Positions 24,801 to 38,900 of a DNA stretch of 64,000 nucleotides are shown piece after piece. Made by a program: the position numbers and the translations under genes. This stretch comes from Azolla caroliniana (lineage: Eukaryota > Plantae > Polypodiophyta): the NCBI GenBank assembly GCA_043228905.1, contig JBHGNT010000002.1, positions 1,488,001 to 1,552,000 on the forward strand. Direction: 5' to 3'. The stretch's first letter is position 1. Each line of letters begins with the position of its first letter. The notes under the pieces were generated by a model. It was not told the DNA's origin, searched no databases, and worked only from the letters and a program-made list of their open reading frames with translations.

Positions 24801-25884
24801 GAATGCGAAGCCATTAATTTGATATGATTGATCAAAACAAGGCAAAGCAATTCTCAAGCCTGTGTATTAGTTTAGATAGGGGGAGTTTGGAAATTCTTAG
24901 AAATGCTCACAAAATCTCTCTTCACTATGCCTTTTGAGCATTGTTACAAGCAAAGATAGTTTATCCATTGGTTGCAAGCATATCAATGGTACTAGAAGAG
25001 AGGATCGCGGATCATAACACATGCCTATTATGTGGGAGATGTAAGTATGGGGTTCCTATGTCATCAAAATGTAGGTGAGTCTACACCACGTGGTGTGTGG
25101 TGCCAATGGAGCCTACACATGTAGCATGTAGCATGTAGATTAAGATGCCTTGCATATGTGTGTGTAGACAAATTTACAAACTCTTGGCCATGTGTTGGAC
25201 TTGGGTGAGATACAAATATATTGTATCAATGAAGACACAATCTATGACATTAAGGATTGAGGATGTGTACTATCTCACAATATATTTGAGTGCAATGTTA
25301 ACTATCCTAATCTTGTCATTACTGACATTCTTTCTCATGGTTGTGGTGTAGGATCTTTTAGATCTCGAGGGATTAGATGAAGCCTTGACTTGTCCTAACT
25401 CCAATCGTTTGCATAGATTCCAGGTGACTGATTAAGCAATAAATATTCCCTTAAATGGACAAGATTTTGGGTGTAGCGAATCGTTCGAATGACCTGCAGG
25501 CTGCAATCACAATGTAGTCTATCAAAACTAAATGTTGGGAGTTACCTTTCAAGCAATTCCTTAGTCTTAATCGCCATTTGATCAAATGCAATTTAGGGAC
25601 ATCCCACTTCAAACTTATTCTCTTTACTTCGCGTGCTTTTTAAGCACATTCGGTGTCTAATTGACACTTTCCACAACTTTCTTTATTCTTTGTGGGTTTC
25701 CTTCCCAATAGCATTAGGAAGAATTATCGAGTAAAAAAGGCCACAATAAAGGTAATTAATGAATTTCGAGGGGCTAATTCTATAAATATATTTACTTTGG
25801 GGGCTATTCTTTGTAAATATATCTATTTTCTTCTCTCTTTACTTTCTTCTTCGGACACAGATGCGAGAACACAGAGCTAAAGAT

Positions 25885-25892
25885 TAGGGTTT
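25885..25892 (-). promoter_or_regulatory. Telo-box (AAACCCTA) in the putative 5' UTR of the CID gene
   Basis: TAGGGTTT in a likely first exon, downstream of TATAAATA/TATATA and a pyrimidine patch. The donor GTAAGC is near 26056. Confidence 0.45.
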
Positions 25893-26329
25893 TGTATTCT
25901 GCGTACGGACAGTCTCTTGTACGGGAAGAAGCAGAGAGCTCCAGAGCTTTCATAGAGTGGATTTTTCATTCGATATATTTAGAGATTCAAGGTAGTATTT
26001 AGCTACTTTGGTTAATTCAACATTCTGAGGAGAAGAACACACCATCGCATTACAAGTAAGCCCTTCTCTGTTATTTCATTTTCTTAACGGATGAAAACCC
26101 ACTCTTTCATGGATTAACAAAACTTCGAGAGAATAATTTAAGTATCAGAGAAGAGGTAGTTCTTTGTTTGTAAATGCATGTCTTGAAGATGATTCAAACA
26201 CATCATTTGATATATGTTTAATATTGGCCTGCAAGCACAAATTTTTTTGATACGTGTTTGGGTAACGAATTAGATATCCCAACTTTTGATGTGTTGGTCA
26301 TATGTTATATACAAAGATTTTGATGTATG

Positions 26330-26790
26330 TCTAATATCATGATGCAAACACAGGTTTTGATATACGTTGAGTGATGATGTAAACGTAAATTTGAATATGT
26401 TGGGTAACCATGTGACTATAGATTTTGATATAGACTGAGTGATGTAAACATAAATTTTCAGATATGTTGATACAGGCTGATTGATGACGTAAAAATAAGT
26501 TTTGATAATGCATTATGATTATGTATAACATTAAATTTTTGAGATATGTTAGTGATGATGGAAACCCAAAATAAACTTAAATTTTGAGCTATGTGGATAT
26601 AGGCTGATTGATGATGTAAACATAAGTTTTGATATATGGATTGTGATGATGTATAAGATTAAATTTTTACCTATGTTGAGGTAATGATAGAGGCCCAAAG
26701 TTTGATACATGTTGGGTTTCAAACATTGCGTAATGAGGCAAACACAAATTTGGAATATGTTGAGTAATGACGTAAACATAAAACTCGATT
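26330..26790. repeat. Degenerate ~33-45 bp minisatellite in 5' UTR intron
   Basis: Recurring TGATGATGTAAACATAA(A/G)TTTTGATATATGTTG variants, roughly 10 copies. Confidence 0.65.
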
Positions 26791-28482
26791 TTACTCAGTA
26801 ATTGTGTGAAGAAATTTACAAATCTTGATAGTATCCAAGGACTTCTGCAATGCCGACTTGGTGATAAAATATCAGAAATGCATATTTTTAGCTTTGGAAT
26901 ATGCCCGTTTCTTATTTCCTTGCCACTTTTTTGTACTGTGAAAAAAACACAAAATTTGATATATATTTTGGGTTATTATATGTTTGGGGTTACAATGTAA
27001 AAGTGTAGATCCTGATAATATGCTAAGATTTGTAATGGACATTGAAATTCCAGAAACGCATATGTTTGCCATTACAATTTTCCTTTCATTATTTCAATTC
27101 GATTTATGGGAGTAGATCTTGATAGTATACAAACCTTTTTAATGCCTAATACAGTTATGAAATTCTGCAAATGCAGATTTATGCGTTACCGTCTGCCCGT
27201 TTCTTACATCAGATCAATTATAGAAACCATATTAGTCAGCCATATTCTCTGTTCGATGTTGCCAAACATATCTATCATTGGTAAAAAAGGCATTATGATG
27301 TCTAGAGCACTTTGAAACGAAACTAAAATCATAAGTATGCATGAACTGGAGTAGTTTCTGTTGTTGAACTTTGTATTTGAGGAATATAGCATTATACACT
27401 GAGAAATGTTTTCCTTTCAATCTAAACTTATCCACAACATCTACTTGATCTTGGAAAGATTGTTGCTGTAAAATTTAATTTATAAAAGGAGGTAAAGATT
27501 GCTACATCTAAAGCCTTGAGTAAAACAGGACAAGAACTTGGGGTTCAAATTGTATAGGAAAAGAGTCAATATTGAGGCTGATGTTTCCAGTGTTAGAGGT
27601 TGGGTCTGCCACTTCATAAACTATATACATTGTGTCCATAAGCTGTGATGAACTAGTCATGGGTAGAGACATCTATTTCCATGTAATTTACTTGTGGTTC
27701 AGGACTTAGATACAATGTATTGAATCTTGATCTTATGAGAATTGATTGGAGGAGAATGTACTTGCCATGTGAAGTGTGCTGTTCTTGGCTGACAAACTGT
27801 TCTTACGTTAGTAGGAATGCTTATGAATTTCCTTTGAATTGACTCACTATTATTATTTAGAGGGCGGCCACACTGTGTGGCAACTTTGAAGTACGGGGTT
27901 ATGGGGTTTCATCTGGTTTTCTTTCCATCAAAATTTTTGTAATTTGACATTTTTGGTATGCATTTGTTGTTAAATATTATTGTCTCAGAACTTTTTTTGC
28001 ATGTTTTTAGTCAACAAAGTCATCTCCAGTTTTCTTCCAGTTTGATGGATGGTGATGAGGAACCTGATTGATGTGGACTATAGAAATAAGGACAATTTAA
28101 TGTTAGAGTCTAGAATTCATTTCAATAAGCTCTGATGATTCTGAAATTGCACATGGAATGACATTGATGTTGTTTGTCTACATTTTGGGTCTTTGCCTAC
28201 CTCTAATCTCAACCCCGAATCATTTGGAAGATCATCAGTTGTGTTTCAAATTCATCAACATCGATGTATTTCAATATCGATTTATGATTAGGGCTAATTC
28301 AAATAAAATGATTTAGAGGATTTAAACAGTTAAGAGTCTTGAGTTAGCACTTTAAATTCCAAATTATATGGGTGATTGCAGCTAGTTTACAATTGTGGTG
28401 CGATATATATTTTGATTAAAACTTAAGTTGCACTTGAAATTGCAGGTGGTAATGCTGTATTCCAGGTCGTAAATAGAGGAGG

Positions 28483-31400
28483 ATGAATAGTGCATTTAAT
28501 AACCAGATTTTGGCTGAAAAGCTGAGGAAATTGAACAATTCACAACAAAGCATTGAAAGTATCTTCAAAACTTTACCTGAGATATGAAGTGTTGCATTGA
28601 TAATAGATTTCTAATTCAATCAAAATTTATGATTCTCCTTTTCATTTGTGATATGTTATTCTTAACAATAAATCAGCTCTCTCTCATTGGTGCATCTTCC
28701 ACCGGAAGAAAGCACGTCTTGTGGTGGAGACATGGGATACACAAGTTCGAGACCTCACAAGGGAGCAGCAAATACCCCTACTATACCTTGCAAATGATAT
28801 TCTGCAAAACAGCAGACGTAGGGGTGGAGAGTTTGTTGCTGAGTTTTGGAGGATTCTTCCAGGAGCTTTGAAGGATGTCATGGAAAAAGGTGACGAGCGT
28901 ATACACACTGTCGTGTTTCGATTGGTAAGTTTTTCTTTTATATGACAATAAATGGTTCTATATTTTGTATATGATACAAAAATTGCCAAGGGGTAAAACA
29001 CTTTGACCACTACTTACAATATAAGAAAGGGAAGATAGGAACATATCCATTAGTTTTTCTTTATTTTATCAGATTACCTGTATGATTTTGTTATTTTCCA
29101 AATGTCCTGCTCATCCCAATGAAAGAGAGAAAAGGGGGATGGACTTACCATATAAATGCTCAGATAACACATACAATTGCCCAAGATGGATGGGTTTGAC
29201 CAATAGCATTTTGGAAAATAATGAGAAATGCAGGGTTATTTTGGGAGTTTTTCCCTATGAATAATTAGTTATTCTACCAATATCCTTTACAAGAGTAAGG
29301 AATTTTTGTGCTACAAAATTGTGGAAAGATTTCTGTCTAATTGCAGAGTATTATGATTGATTGCTGCAGGTTGACATTTGGGATGAAAGGAAAGTTTTTG
29401 GATCAAGAGCACGAACATTAAGAGAGGAGTTATTAGGAGATGATCCGCCTACTGATTTACCTGAGCAACAAGTTAAACCAAGTCATACGATTAGAATTGT
29501 AACATTGTTTCCATCTTTGCCGTTTTCAAGCACATACCAAAACATGGTCTGGATTGTAAGTCGTGGCTAAGTTATCCTCGATTTATTGGTAATGTTGTTT
29601 TGGATTGCAGAAGGTACCAGTAGGAGGTATTCTAGAAAAGTTGACATCAGCATATCGATCTGTTAGTGATGTTGCACCTGACGAAGATGCAACATTGGGT
29701 AGATGCAATGCTGCAGTGAATAGGATTGATGGCATAGAAAAGGAATCTATCACTTCGAAGAAATCTTGTGAGTGAATCCTTTCCTCAATTATTTTCTTAA
29801 TTCAAATTAGAGAATATCTGCAAGTGAACATCATTCGTATTTCTCTTCAAGCCAACAATGATGGCTTTTGTATTTTGGACCATACAAGAATATGACGTGA
29901 GATCTCTTCCCTACAATTGAATATATACTTATGCATCTACCCCCATGCACTAGCTTTTTCTTTAGTTGCAATGTAGGGTTAAATAATTTGACAACGAAGT
30001 ATTTGTGCCGATGCACTATTGCCATATTGGTATTAGATTAGTCCGGATATGGTGCAAAGTCTTCCTAAACTGCCCTAGACCCCCAATTCTGATCACTTAG
30101 TTCCTAAGTGTGTGAAAGTTTGTGCATTATTTTATGAGCGTTAATCTTAGACACTAATACTGCTATCACGATATGCAGTATCAATGTGTATCTTGGTAGT
30201 TTAGATATTTACTTGATCATGTCTTTAGTTCTTTTACTAATGAACATCTATAGTTGTGTGCAAGGTGAACTCAAAATGTGCTATATGTGTCCATCAAAAT
30301 TTCTATATCTAACTCAATGCAATTGATTCCAAGTTTTATGGCATAGTGATCTGTAACATTAAAAGGATAGACCATATGTTCTACAAATGGGCACGTTTTC
30401 TCTTGCAAGAGAACAACTGTGCCCGCTTTATTATAGATATGAAAGAATGAAAGACCCAACACATCATACCAAAGGCATGTTGTCATATCTCAATTCTCAC
30501 CAGTGATCTGGCTATTAAATCTAGATTTTATTTTCATAATCATCAAAATTTATACTATTCACTACAATATTTCAAAACCAGTTTGCTGTTACCCGTAGTA
30601 TTTGTGAAATTTTATCTTGTTCCACATGTGATTTGTGTTCACTTGGTATATATAGCAGGGGAACCTCAGAATGTCACTATAGTAGAGGAATTGCAAGAGC
30701 AACAGAATATCCTCACTCATTGTGTCGAACAGCTAGAGATGAGCGAGTTGGCCCGTGCAGCCCTAATTTCTCACTTAAAGGAGGCATTGCGAGAACAGGT
30801 AGATCTTTTTGAATAAGAAATTCACATGTGAGAGAATGATAGAAAGTATATCCTTATCATTTTGATCATTTGAAATCAGGAAAGCAAGCTCGAGCTCATC
30901 CGAACACAACTGCAGGTTACATATTCTTAACTCATGAATTTTCCATCTAACCCTAAGCTTAAAACTATTGATATTATTTACTAAGGGGAAACACACTGAA
31001 ATACTAATTTAACTTTTCAAAAGTAAGCAGAATACTCCGTCTACAAAGACAATTATTACTACACATGCTTATTCTTGTAGTGTTTAAAAAATTAGGATAT
31101 TCTGGTAAACATCCAACAAGTTGGGGTTATTTTTGGTTTTTGTGCTTGATGAAGATCACATTGTTCGTTAAAAAAGTAATTACTTATGATAAAAGTGCGA
31201 GGTATAAAAAGAGGGTTTACATTTTTTCAGACTGCCCGTGCTCAAGCGAAGCGATCAGAAGATTTGTGCCAACGACTCTTAACCAATAATAGTAGCTCTG
31301 ATATTCCAAAAGTTGATCATGGCAATAAGGATTCGGGAACTGTTCCTGATTCTCATGCAGGTTCTCATCATACACAGTCTCCAGCTGGAGGATCTCTTTC

Positions 31401-32187
31401 ATGGCCAGCTGTTCCTTTTGTAGAAACTATATCTTCGATACCCGAAGAAACAAAGACTACCAAAAGTGCTGCCTCCGTTGCTGCTGAGGTGGCTGCCAAG
31501 TTGGCAGCATCAGCCTCTTCAGCGCAGATGTTAACATCAGTCTTATCATCATTTGTTGCGGAAGAAGCTTCTACTTCACATTCTTTGCTTGCAGATGAAG
31601 CACCCCCTGGGACCTTTATTCCAGACAAAAGGCAAAGATTGAATGGACAAAATGAACATATTCAAAATGCAGAGGGGAGTCCATCAAATCCTATACATTC
31701 GGCACCTATGCCACATCGACAAAGCATGACATTATTACACGCACCTGCAACACAACAGCTACAACAAGAACAACACCACCACCACCACCACCAACAGCAA
31801 CAGCATCAACCACCACCACAATACCACCACCCACAGCAGCAACACCACCATCACCACCAACCACAACATACATCGAACACATCGTCTAACGTGCAAGGTC
31901 AGATTTCTCAAGCTCTTCCACCTACACTTCTTCCTCGACCTCAACAAGCACCAGCACCACCACAACAATACATGGGACAAGCCCAAAATGTGCCTCGATC
32001 AAGTTTTGGCTATGGTATGCCCCCACCAATGCCTCCTATGCAGAGGCAGGTAGTTGCTGGTATACCGTCGACGCCCATGCAACCACAAAACCCTAACCCT
32101 AACCCTAATCAAGGACCTTTTCAAGCCATGCAGCCACCGGTTGGATACTATGGCCAACTTCCTTTGCCCACACATCAACGGCAATAA
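28483..32187 (+). CDS. RNA polymerase II CTD-interacting (CID) protein, RPRD1/Rtt103-like; exons 28483-28558, 28677-28924, 29370-29498, 29611-29767, 30656-30798, 30880-30915, 31231-32187
   Basis: MNSAFNNQILAEKLRKLNNSQQSIETLSHWCIFHRKKA...LYLANDILQNSRRRG...IWDERKVFGS, then a coiled coil, AAEVAAKLAASASSAQMLTSVLSS and a His/Gln/Pro-rich tail. Splice phases are consistent. Confidence 0.93.
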
Positions 32188-33994
32188 CATGTTTTTTATG
32201 TTTATCTTTTATCTTCTTTCTTCCCATCTTTTGCGTTTTTTGTCGATCTTCAATCTTTGATAGCCTGAGTGGTTTATGGAGTTGAAACCAAAATACCGAT
32301 AGCTGGAAAGACGTTAATCAGTAGTTATGTGTATCCAGATGTTTCAGGATCATCAAATGTCTGGGCTTTTTTAAGGCAGATGGAAATATGGGAGGAAATT
32401 CTACCCTTTTATTAGTCACTGCCATCATCAACATGTCTTCCATTTCATCTTGAAAGAGTGCATTGAATGAAATGACGCCGAAAACCATTTTGTTGTAGAA
32501 CCTTGGTTCGGGAAGTGTTAGCATCAGCATTTTGTCAGATGGCAAGAGATAAGAATCTCTTATGTAGCTTAGGTCATATGACTGTATCCATAATGTTGTA
32601 TTCATGAGTAACATATTATGTTGGATCATTAGTACTGACTATTCTTTTGTAAACTGTGGAAAGGTGTATGAATGTGCAATTTATGTGCACGTTTTGTTGT
32701 ACATTTCAGCATGGAAAGGAGGAATGTTTGAAAACAATAGTTAGCTTTTAAACACCACGCATGCAAATATAAACAATTATTTATGGTCACTTCATTTTAG
32801 TGATGATCAAGATTCTCTTTTCTAGTTTTTAATTTCCTTCCTGACATGATACATTGATAGTAATGTGTTGTCATTGTTGGTTCCTGTGTGAATATGAGAA
32901 AAAACATTGTTTGGGTTAATATATAGGTCTGCCTATGTTGTCATGCTGTGCCAGAAGGATTTACATACTATTTGGTCATGGATCTGGGCCTCAGTTGTGG
33001 TATCAATGGGGAATTAGTTGGACTGTCACTTTTCATTCTGAGTGTACATGTTACTACTTTCCCATTTTCGTATTCATGGACACCATTGAGGCTTAAATCT
33101 TTCATGACCAGACAAAGTCTCTACATTCTGATGTAGGTAATTGATGATAACTATTCTACACATCAAGGGTTTTCTCAAACCATGGAATTCAGTAAAACCT
33201 GAAGGCAATTTTAGTGTGCATATGGAAGGACAAATGAGTAGCATAGCAAACTTAACAACTCAAGAGTGATATGAATCTTGTTCACTCTTGGAACAAAAGC
33301 TTTTCTTGGATAAATTCTTGCAATGTTCCACGAGAATTGCCTAGATGGTATCTCGAGCATGGGATGGTTCAAGGCCCCTTCTAAAGGATGAGAAATTTGG
33401 TAATGTTCTGCTGATTGTTATGAATCAGTGATGAAATTGTGTCAAAATGTCCTATAATCAAATAAGGGAAAGGCTTCAATGGGCTTAAGGGACACAAAAC
33501 ACATGTTTTAAAAAGTTGTTTGTGTTTCCTTTATTAGATGTTTATGGGAGCCTAATGAGTTGTGTGGTATATTTACTATGGATTACGATGTGTGCTTGAC
33601 CTTTTTTGGCCTTTGTTCAACGCTCACATTGGTGCATTCCAATGTCATCTTAAGAGGGTCAAATAGAACCTATTCAAGTAGAAAAATAAACCACTCTTAC
33701 GATGCATCAAATATGGGTTTGACTAGAGAGTTCCGAAAACTACATCAGTGAAGAATTTCAAGGTATGCATTTGAAATCATGGCAAGGACCCAAAGATAAC
33801 ATGACTAGCCTATTGTAAGGAGCTCCAAGACAGCCGGTGCATGAGCCTCAGGAGACTCGGGGCCGATATGTAATGAGGCAAGTCAAGGGTAGTGTGAGCT
33901 TTGAAGAGTCGAATCGAGGTTCGACTTGAATGATGGATGGACATGGGACTCGGTGAGTGGCCAACTCTTAATCCTCTTCCAGATGGTACTTACG

Positions 33995-34342
33995 TATGTA
34001 TCTATTATCGTTCAATGTGTAGGGACGATGTATCTATCTATCTATTATGACTCAAAGTGTTGGGACTATGTATCTATGTATCTATTATGACTCAATGTGT
34101 AGGGACTAAGTATCTATGTATCTATTATGACTCAAAGTGTTGGGATTGTATCTATTATGACTCAATTTGTAGGGACTAAGTATCTATGTATCTATTATGA
34201 CTCAATGTGTAGGGACTATGTATCTATGTATCTATTATGACTCAATTTGTTGGGACGAAGTATCTATAATCTATGTATCTATAATGACTCAATGTGTAGG
34301 GACAATGAATGTATCTATGTATCTATCATGACTCAATGTGTG
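33995..34342. repeat. ~40-bp tandem repeat, 9 units
   Basis: Consensus TATCTATGTATCTATTATGACTCAATGTGTAGGGACTA(A/T)G. Confidence 0.93.
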
Positions 34343-35918
34343 TACGTGTGTGTCTGTAGGAGGAGGAGATCCCCCCAGTGCCCACCATTATTTTTGATTC
34401 TATGTCAGAAAGCTTTTCTAATTGTTGTTTTTTTAATAACTTACTTTACTTCCTCATTCCACCTGTCTATTTTAAGGAAGTGTCCTAAAAAAGGAAACCC
34501 CCTCCCCCCCCCAAAAAAAAACAATGCTACTATCGTTATTATTCTCATTAATAATAAATAAAATATTTTTGGTTGGAAAAGTGAAGAGCTCTTAAATTCG
34601 CATAACGTAAAAGTTTTTTGTTCTTATGTATTTTACTTGTTTTTAAAAAAAACAAAAAAAACAAAAGGCTGTTCGCGTTTATTTACTTTATTTCCACATA
34701 AGAATGTATGTAAATATAAAATATAAATGCACATTCGTGAATAAAATAAATAAATAAACATTAATGATAATAATAACCTGGCAAGAAAATTTAATCCATT
34801 CAAACAGAAGGAGAATTTCTAATAAGAAATAAAAATGAAAATAAAAATAAAAATAAAAATTATTATTATGTTCTTCTTCTGTTTCTTCGCCATAGCCACG
34901 ACAACGAAGCTTCTTCTTCCTACCGCCGCCGCCGTTCAACAGGATTCCTGTAGGTAATGATCCTTCTTCCGTTTCTTTCTTCTTCTGCTAATTATTTCTT
35001 TACCTCCTCCGTCGTAATCCCCCCCATCTCTGATTTTTATCTGCTTCTCGTCCTCACCCCCATCGTTGTCATCCGTTTTCTTCTTCTTCTTCTTCGTTCC
35101 TCTTCAGCATGAGCTATCAAGGTAATCATTTTCACCTTTCGTTTCTTCTCTCTCAATTTCTGTCTTTCTTTCTCTATCCATCAGTTGTCGTATCTCCACC
35201 GTCTCTGATTTAGCTTAATCATATGGCCATAGTCAGTTTTCTTCTTAATTCTCGCCAAGAGAGATATTCGATTTTCGTCCATGTCAAGGAAATATATGAT
35301 CATTCAATCTCTGAATATTATCACAAGCTGATCCATGCCACTACAAAACATTCTGTGAAGAAGATTTCTCTCACAGATTCATGGCCGTTTTTCTTTCTTT
35401 CTATTATACCACATTTATTCTTTGACGAGTATTCTTTCTCACAGTTTCACTTCTGTTTTTGCAATCTCTAATCTAGTTCTTTCTGGAAAAGTGGCCTTCT
35501 CTGTTTGACACAACTCCATATCGCCTGTTTGTATTTCTTTCTAAGTTAGTTTATTCTATGAAGCCGAAGATGAAGAAGAAGAACCTTTCGCACAGTTATT
35601 TTGTTCTTTGTCTTCCACTTCTTCTTTTGTAAAGAAGCTTTTCGCACACTGACAAGACTATAAGAGTGCTTTTTATAAGAGTGCTTTTTATTAGCAGTTC
35701 AGAAGAAGCACTTTGATCAGATAAAAGAAGAACTTCAGAAAGGGAGCTAGCTTTTTAAGGATCGGAGAAAAGCGCAGAAGGGAACCTGAATGATACGATT
35801 GGCAGTTCAATTATAGGAGCAGATTGCTCAGAGAAAACAAGCCTTATAATAATAACCGTTTCTCTGGCAGCTTCTTTCAGTGAAGTTTCTTTCTGGATCA
35901 GATCTGTCCATTCCAGTT

Positions 35919-38900
35919 ATGCGGCGCATTTTTCCTCTCAAATCGTCAGAGAATTGCACATCTGATTATATTAATGCCGAAGAATTGAACGAGAAAGATC
36001 AGAGCAAATTTCTGGATGATCACGTGAAAGTAAACAATCAGCGGATTGAATATAATATCGGTCAGCTAGGCCATGAATTTGAACCTCATTCTGTTAATGA
36101 TTTTGAACTGATGAGGAAATTAAACAGCGATTTACTCAACTCTAAGGACAGCAGTCCTAACAATGTTGAGAGTGGAGACGAGAACCTTCCATTTCATTAT
36201 ATAAGGCAGAATAGCCTTGACAATTATGAGGTTACTTCAACCAAGTCTAGTAAACTTGCGATGAATAATCAGAACAGACCTCATAGAGCTTCTGCATATC
36301 CTGTATTCACAGCTAGCTCTTCAGGTCGTTATAGCTCTTTAATAATTCAGTCAGAAAAACCTCGGGAAAATGTTAGAGAAAATGCTAGAGTAGAGAAGCA
36401 GCAACGTAACAGTGCAATGACGACATCTCATCAGTAAGTTTTATGATCTTTTTATCATCTGTAACTGTGAGCTACTTGTCTAGTAATTGTATTCGCAAAC
36501 AATGAACATTTTTTCTAATGATCTGTTTTGAGTTAGACTGTCTATTAAAAATGTCCCATTTTTGGTTATCTGGAGCTGTGACTAGCATATATCATAGTAA
36601 TGTTTTCTAAACAATGAACCATTTTTTATTATAATTTTTATCTATGAAAAGAATGAACTTTTACGTGTTTAATAGCTGTGTAAAGAATGAGCCTGTTTTT
36701 TATTATCGAGTGAGTTTACATGTCTTATAGCTGTGGATAGAATAACTATCAATGTTTTATCATTTTTAACTGTGAGTTACGCCTATAGTTATGTTTGAAA
36801 AGAAAGAACCATTTTTGCAATGTACATATGTATAATGTAGTTATATCTGCGAAGAATGGTAGATTTTGTTATCCTGGGCCATATTAAACTCTAAGACGAT
36901 AAATCTTTTTTCCTTTCAAATTCTGATCCCTTTAATCAAAAACATAATCTTCTGTTGTGAGCAACATATATAGTTACATATATTTGCAAAGATTGGTAGA
37001 TTTGTTTGTTAGCTGCCCAATCCTGTTACATTCTAAGACTTTGTGATTTTGAAGCGTAATAAAAATAATTTTAATGCTAACGCCTTTCATCCTCACATTA
37101 TTAAGGCAATCGGCCATTTTTTTTATCACCTGTAAGAATCAAACGAAATGGTATGTAATTAGTTGGAGCCTGTTAAACTCTGAAATCCTGATGTGAGTTG
37201 AAAAAAAAGTCTTTTCATAGAACTATGATATATGTTTTACATATTTTATTATCCACAGTGACTTACATATTCTAGTTTCTGCAAATAATAGTAAATTAGT
37301 GTGTTAGCCTGAGGATGTTAAATTCCAATTTCAAGCTTAGGAATAGCACTCCGATTGATTGTGTTAGCATGAGCATCTTAAATTCTAATGTCAAGTTAGG
37401 CATGGAAAATTGATTGGTTTGGAGCTAATGAACAAAACATGCCAGGGATTCTAATACAAACAAAATCAAGGACAGTGACGGGAGGCCCCTTGGTGTCCCA
37501 AAGAATCAGCCATTTCTTGATCAACAAGAAAACCTTACAACCGCCTCAGTGAGAACTTCTCAGTTACCAAAGTGGATGAAGTTTCCTAATGCTGAAGATA
37601 TGGATCCAGAGCCTGGCTCCCCAATGTCAGATACATTACCCCCTCGTCCAAGATCCCTATCTCGGACAACATCAGAAAGATCATATAGTGAAACATCCTC
37701 TGATTTCAGTAGTTGTTTTACAAAAACTACAGAGAGCTCTTCAGGGAGATCCATGGTTTCTGAATCCATTGGCTCAAAAAAGAGTTCAAGTAGTGGAAAA
37801 GTGAACGGTGGAAGTGCACCCTTTAAATACTTGAATGCTCGAATGGTAGCAGAAAAACTTGTGAAAGTTTTGGGTAAAGAAAAACTTCATTGGCAATCAG
37901 CTAGACCGTCTTATGACGAAGAAACAAACGATGCTTCAAACCACCAGGAAGGAAATGTATTTTCTGAAGATCCAATGGAAAGGCTAGATTCTAACCTTTC
38001 TTCTAAGTTATTCGAGTCAATGCAAAGACAGACTCACAATGACCATTGGTTTCCTTGGAAAGATGTGGATTCTTCTGATACTATCACATCTGTATCTAGA
38101 AAAGCCTCTTTTGATGAGAAAACTGATGTTTTCAATCTCCAGAGCCTTGAAGCAAGAGCTATTGCAAGAGAGAAGCTGGCGACAAACCTAGAACAAGATA
38201 GGAGCTCTTGTAACGATGGTAGATATGGACATATGAGTTCTGTAGAATATGTGACTTTGCAAAACTTTGATGCATTGAAGAATGAGATCAGAAAATTACA
38301 ACGAGAGAAGAGGGATTTAGCATTGGAAGTGGCTGGTGAGATTCGATCACGGATTTCTGAGAAGAAATCTGCATTATATGCATCCAAGTGTAAGGATGAC
38401 GAAATGGAAAAGAAGCTGTCTGCCATTGAGAAGGATAAGGCTAGCCTTCAAGAAAGTTTGGAGAGGGAGATTGAAAGAAGATCAGAAGAATGGCAAGCTA
38501 AGCTTTCAAAGATTAGGGCTGAAGAGAGGAAATTGAAGGAAAGAGTGACCAAGATGGCAGAAGAAAGAAGTGAGCTACAAAAGATCATCGCATCTTTGAA
38601 AGCCAAAGAAGCATCATGGATCGAAGAAGTGAAAGACTATGAAAAATCCATATCCACACTTAAGCAACGAGTTCAAGAAAGTGAAGAAAAAGTAATGCTG
38701 CAGCTCAGTTCATCCGAAGAGTTAATGAATAAGTTAAGATCTTCAGATGCTGAGCTTGAGAGCGTAACTAAGAGGAATAAATGCTTAGAGATTGAGAATT
38801 TTGAAATGCAGAAAGAACTAACTAGGCTTCGAAGGGTATGCAATGATCAAGAAATGAGTATTGAAGGATTATGGCAAGAACTTGATGAAGCAGTGAATGG

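Noticed and set aside
26330-26790. Intronic C/D-box snoRNA cluster (many TGATGA motifs)
   Set aside because: TGATGA is part of the repeat unit, and I found no consistent CTGA D-boxes, terminal stems or rRNA guides.
32091-32108. (CCCTAA)3 as interstitial telomere
   Set aside because: Only three units, inside a coding exon, encoding NPNPNP.
33995-34342. Regularly spaced repeat as a CRISPR array
   Set aside because: Eukaryotic context, no unique spacers and no cas genes; it is a tandem minisatellite.
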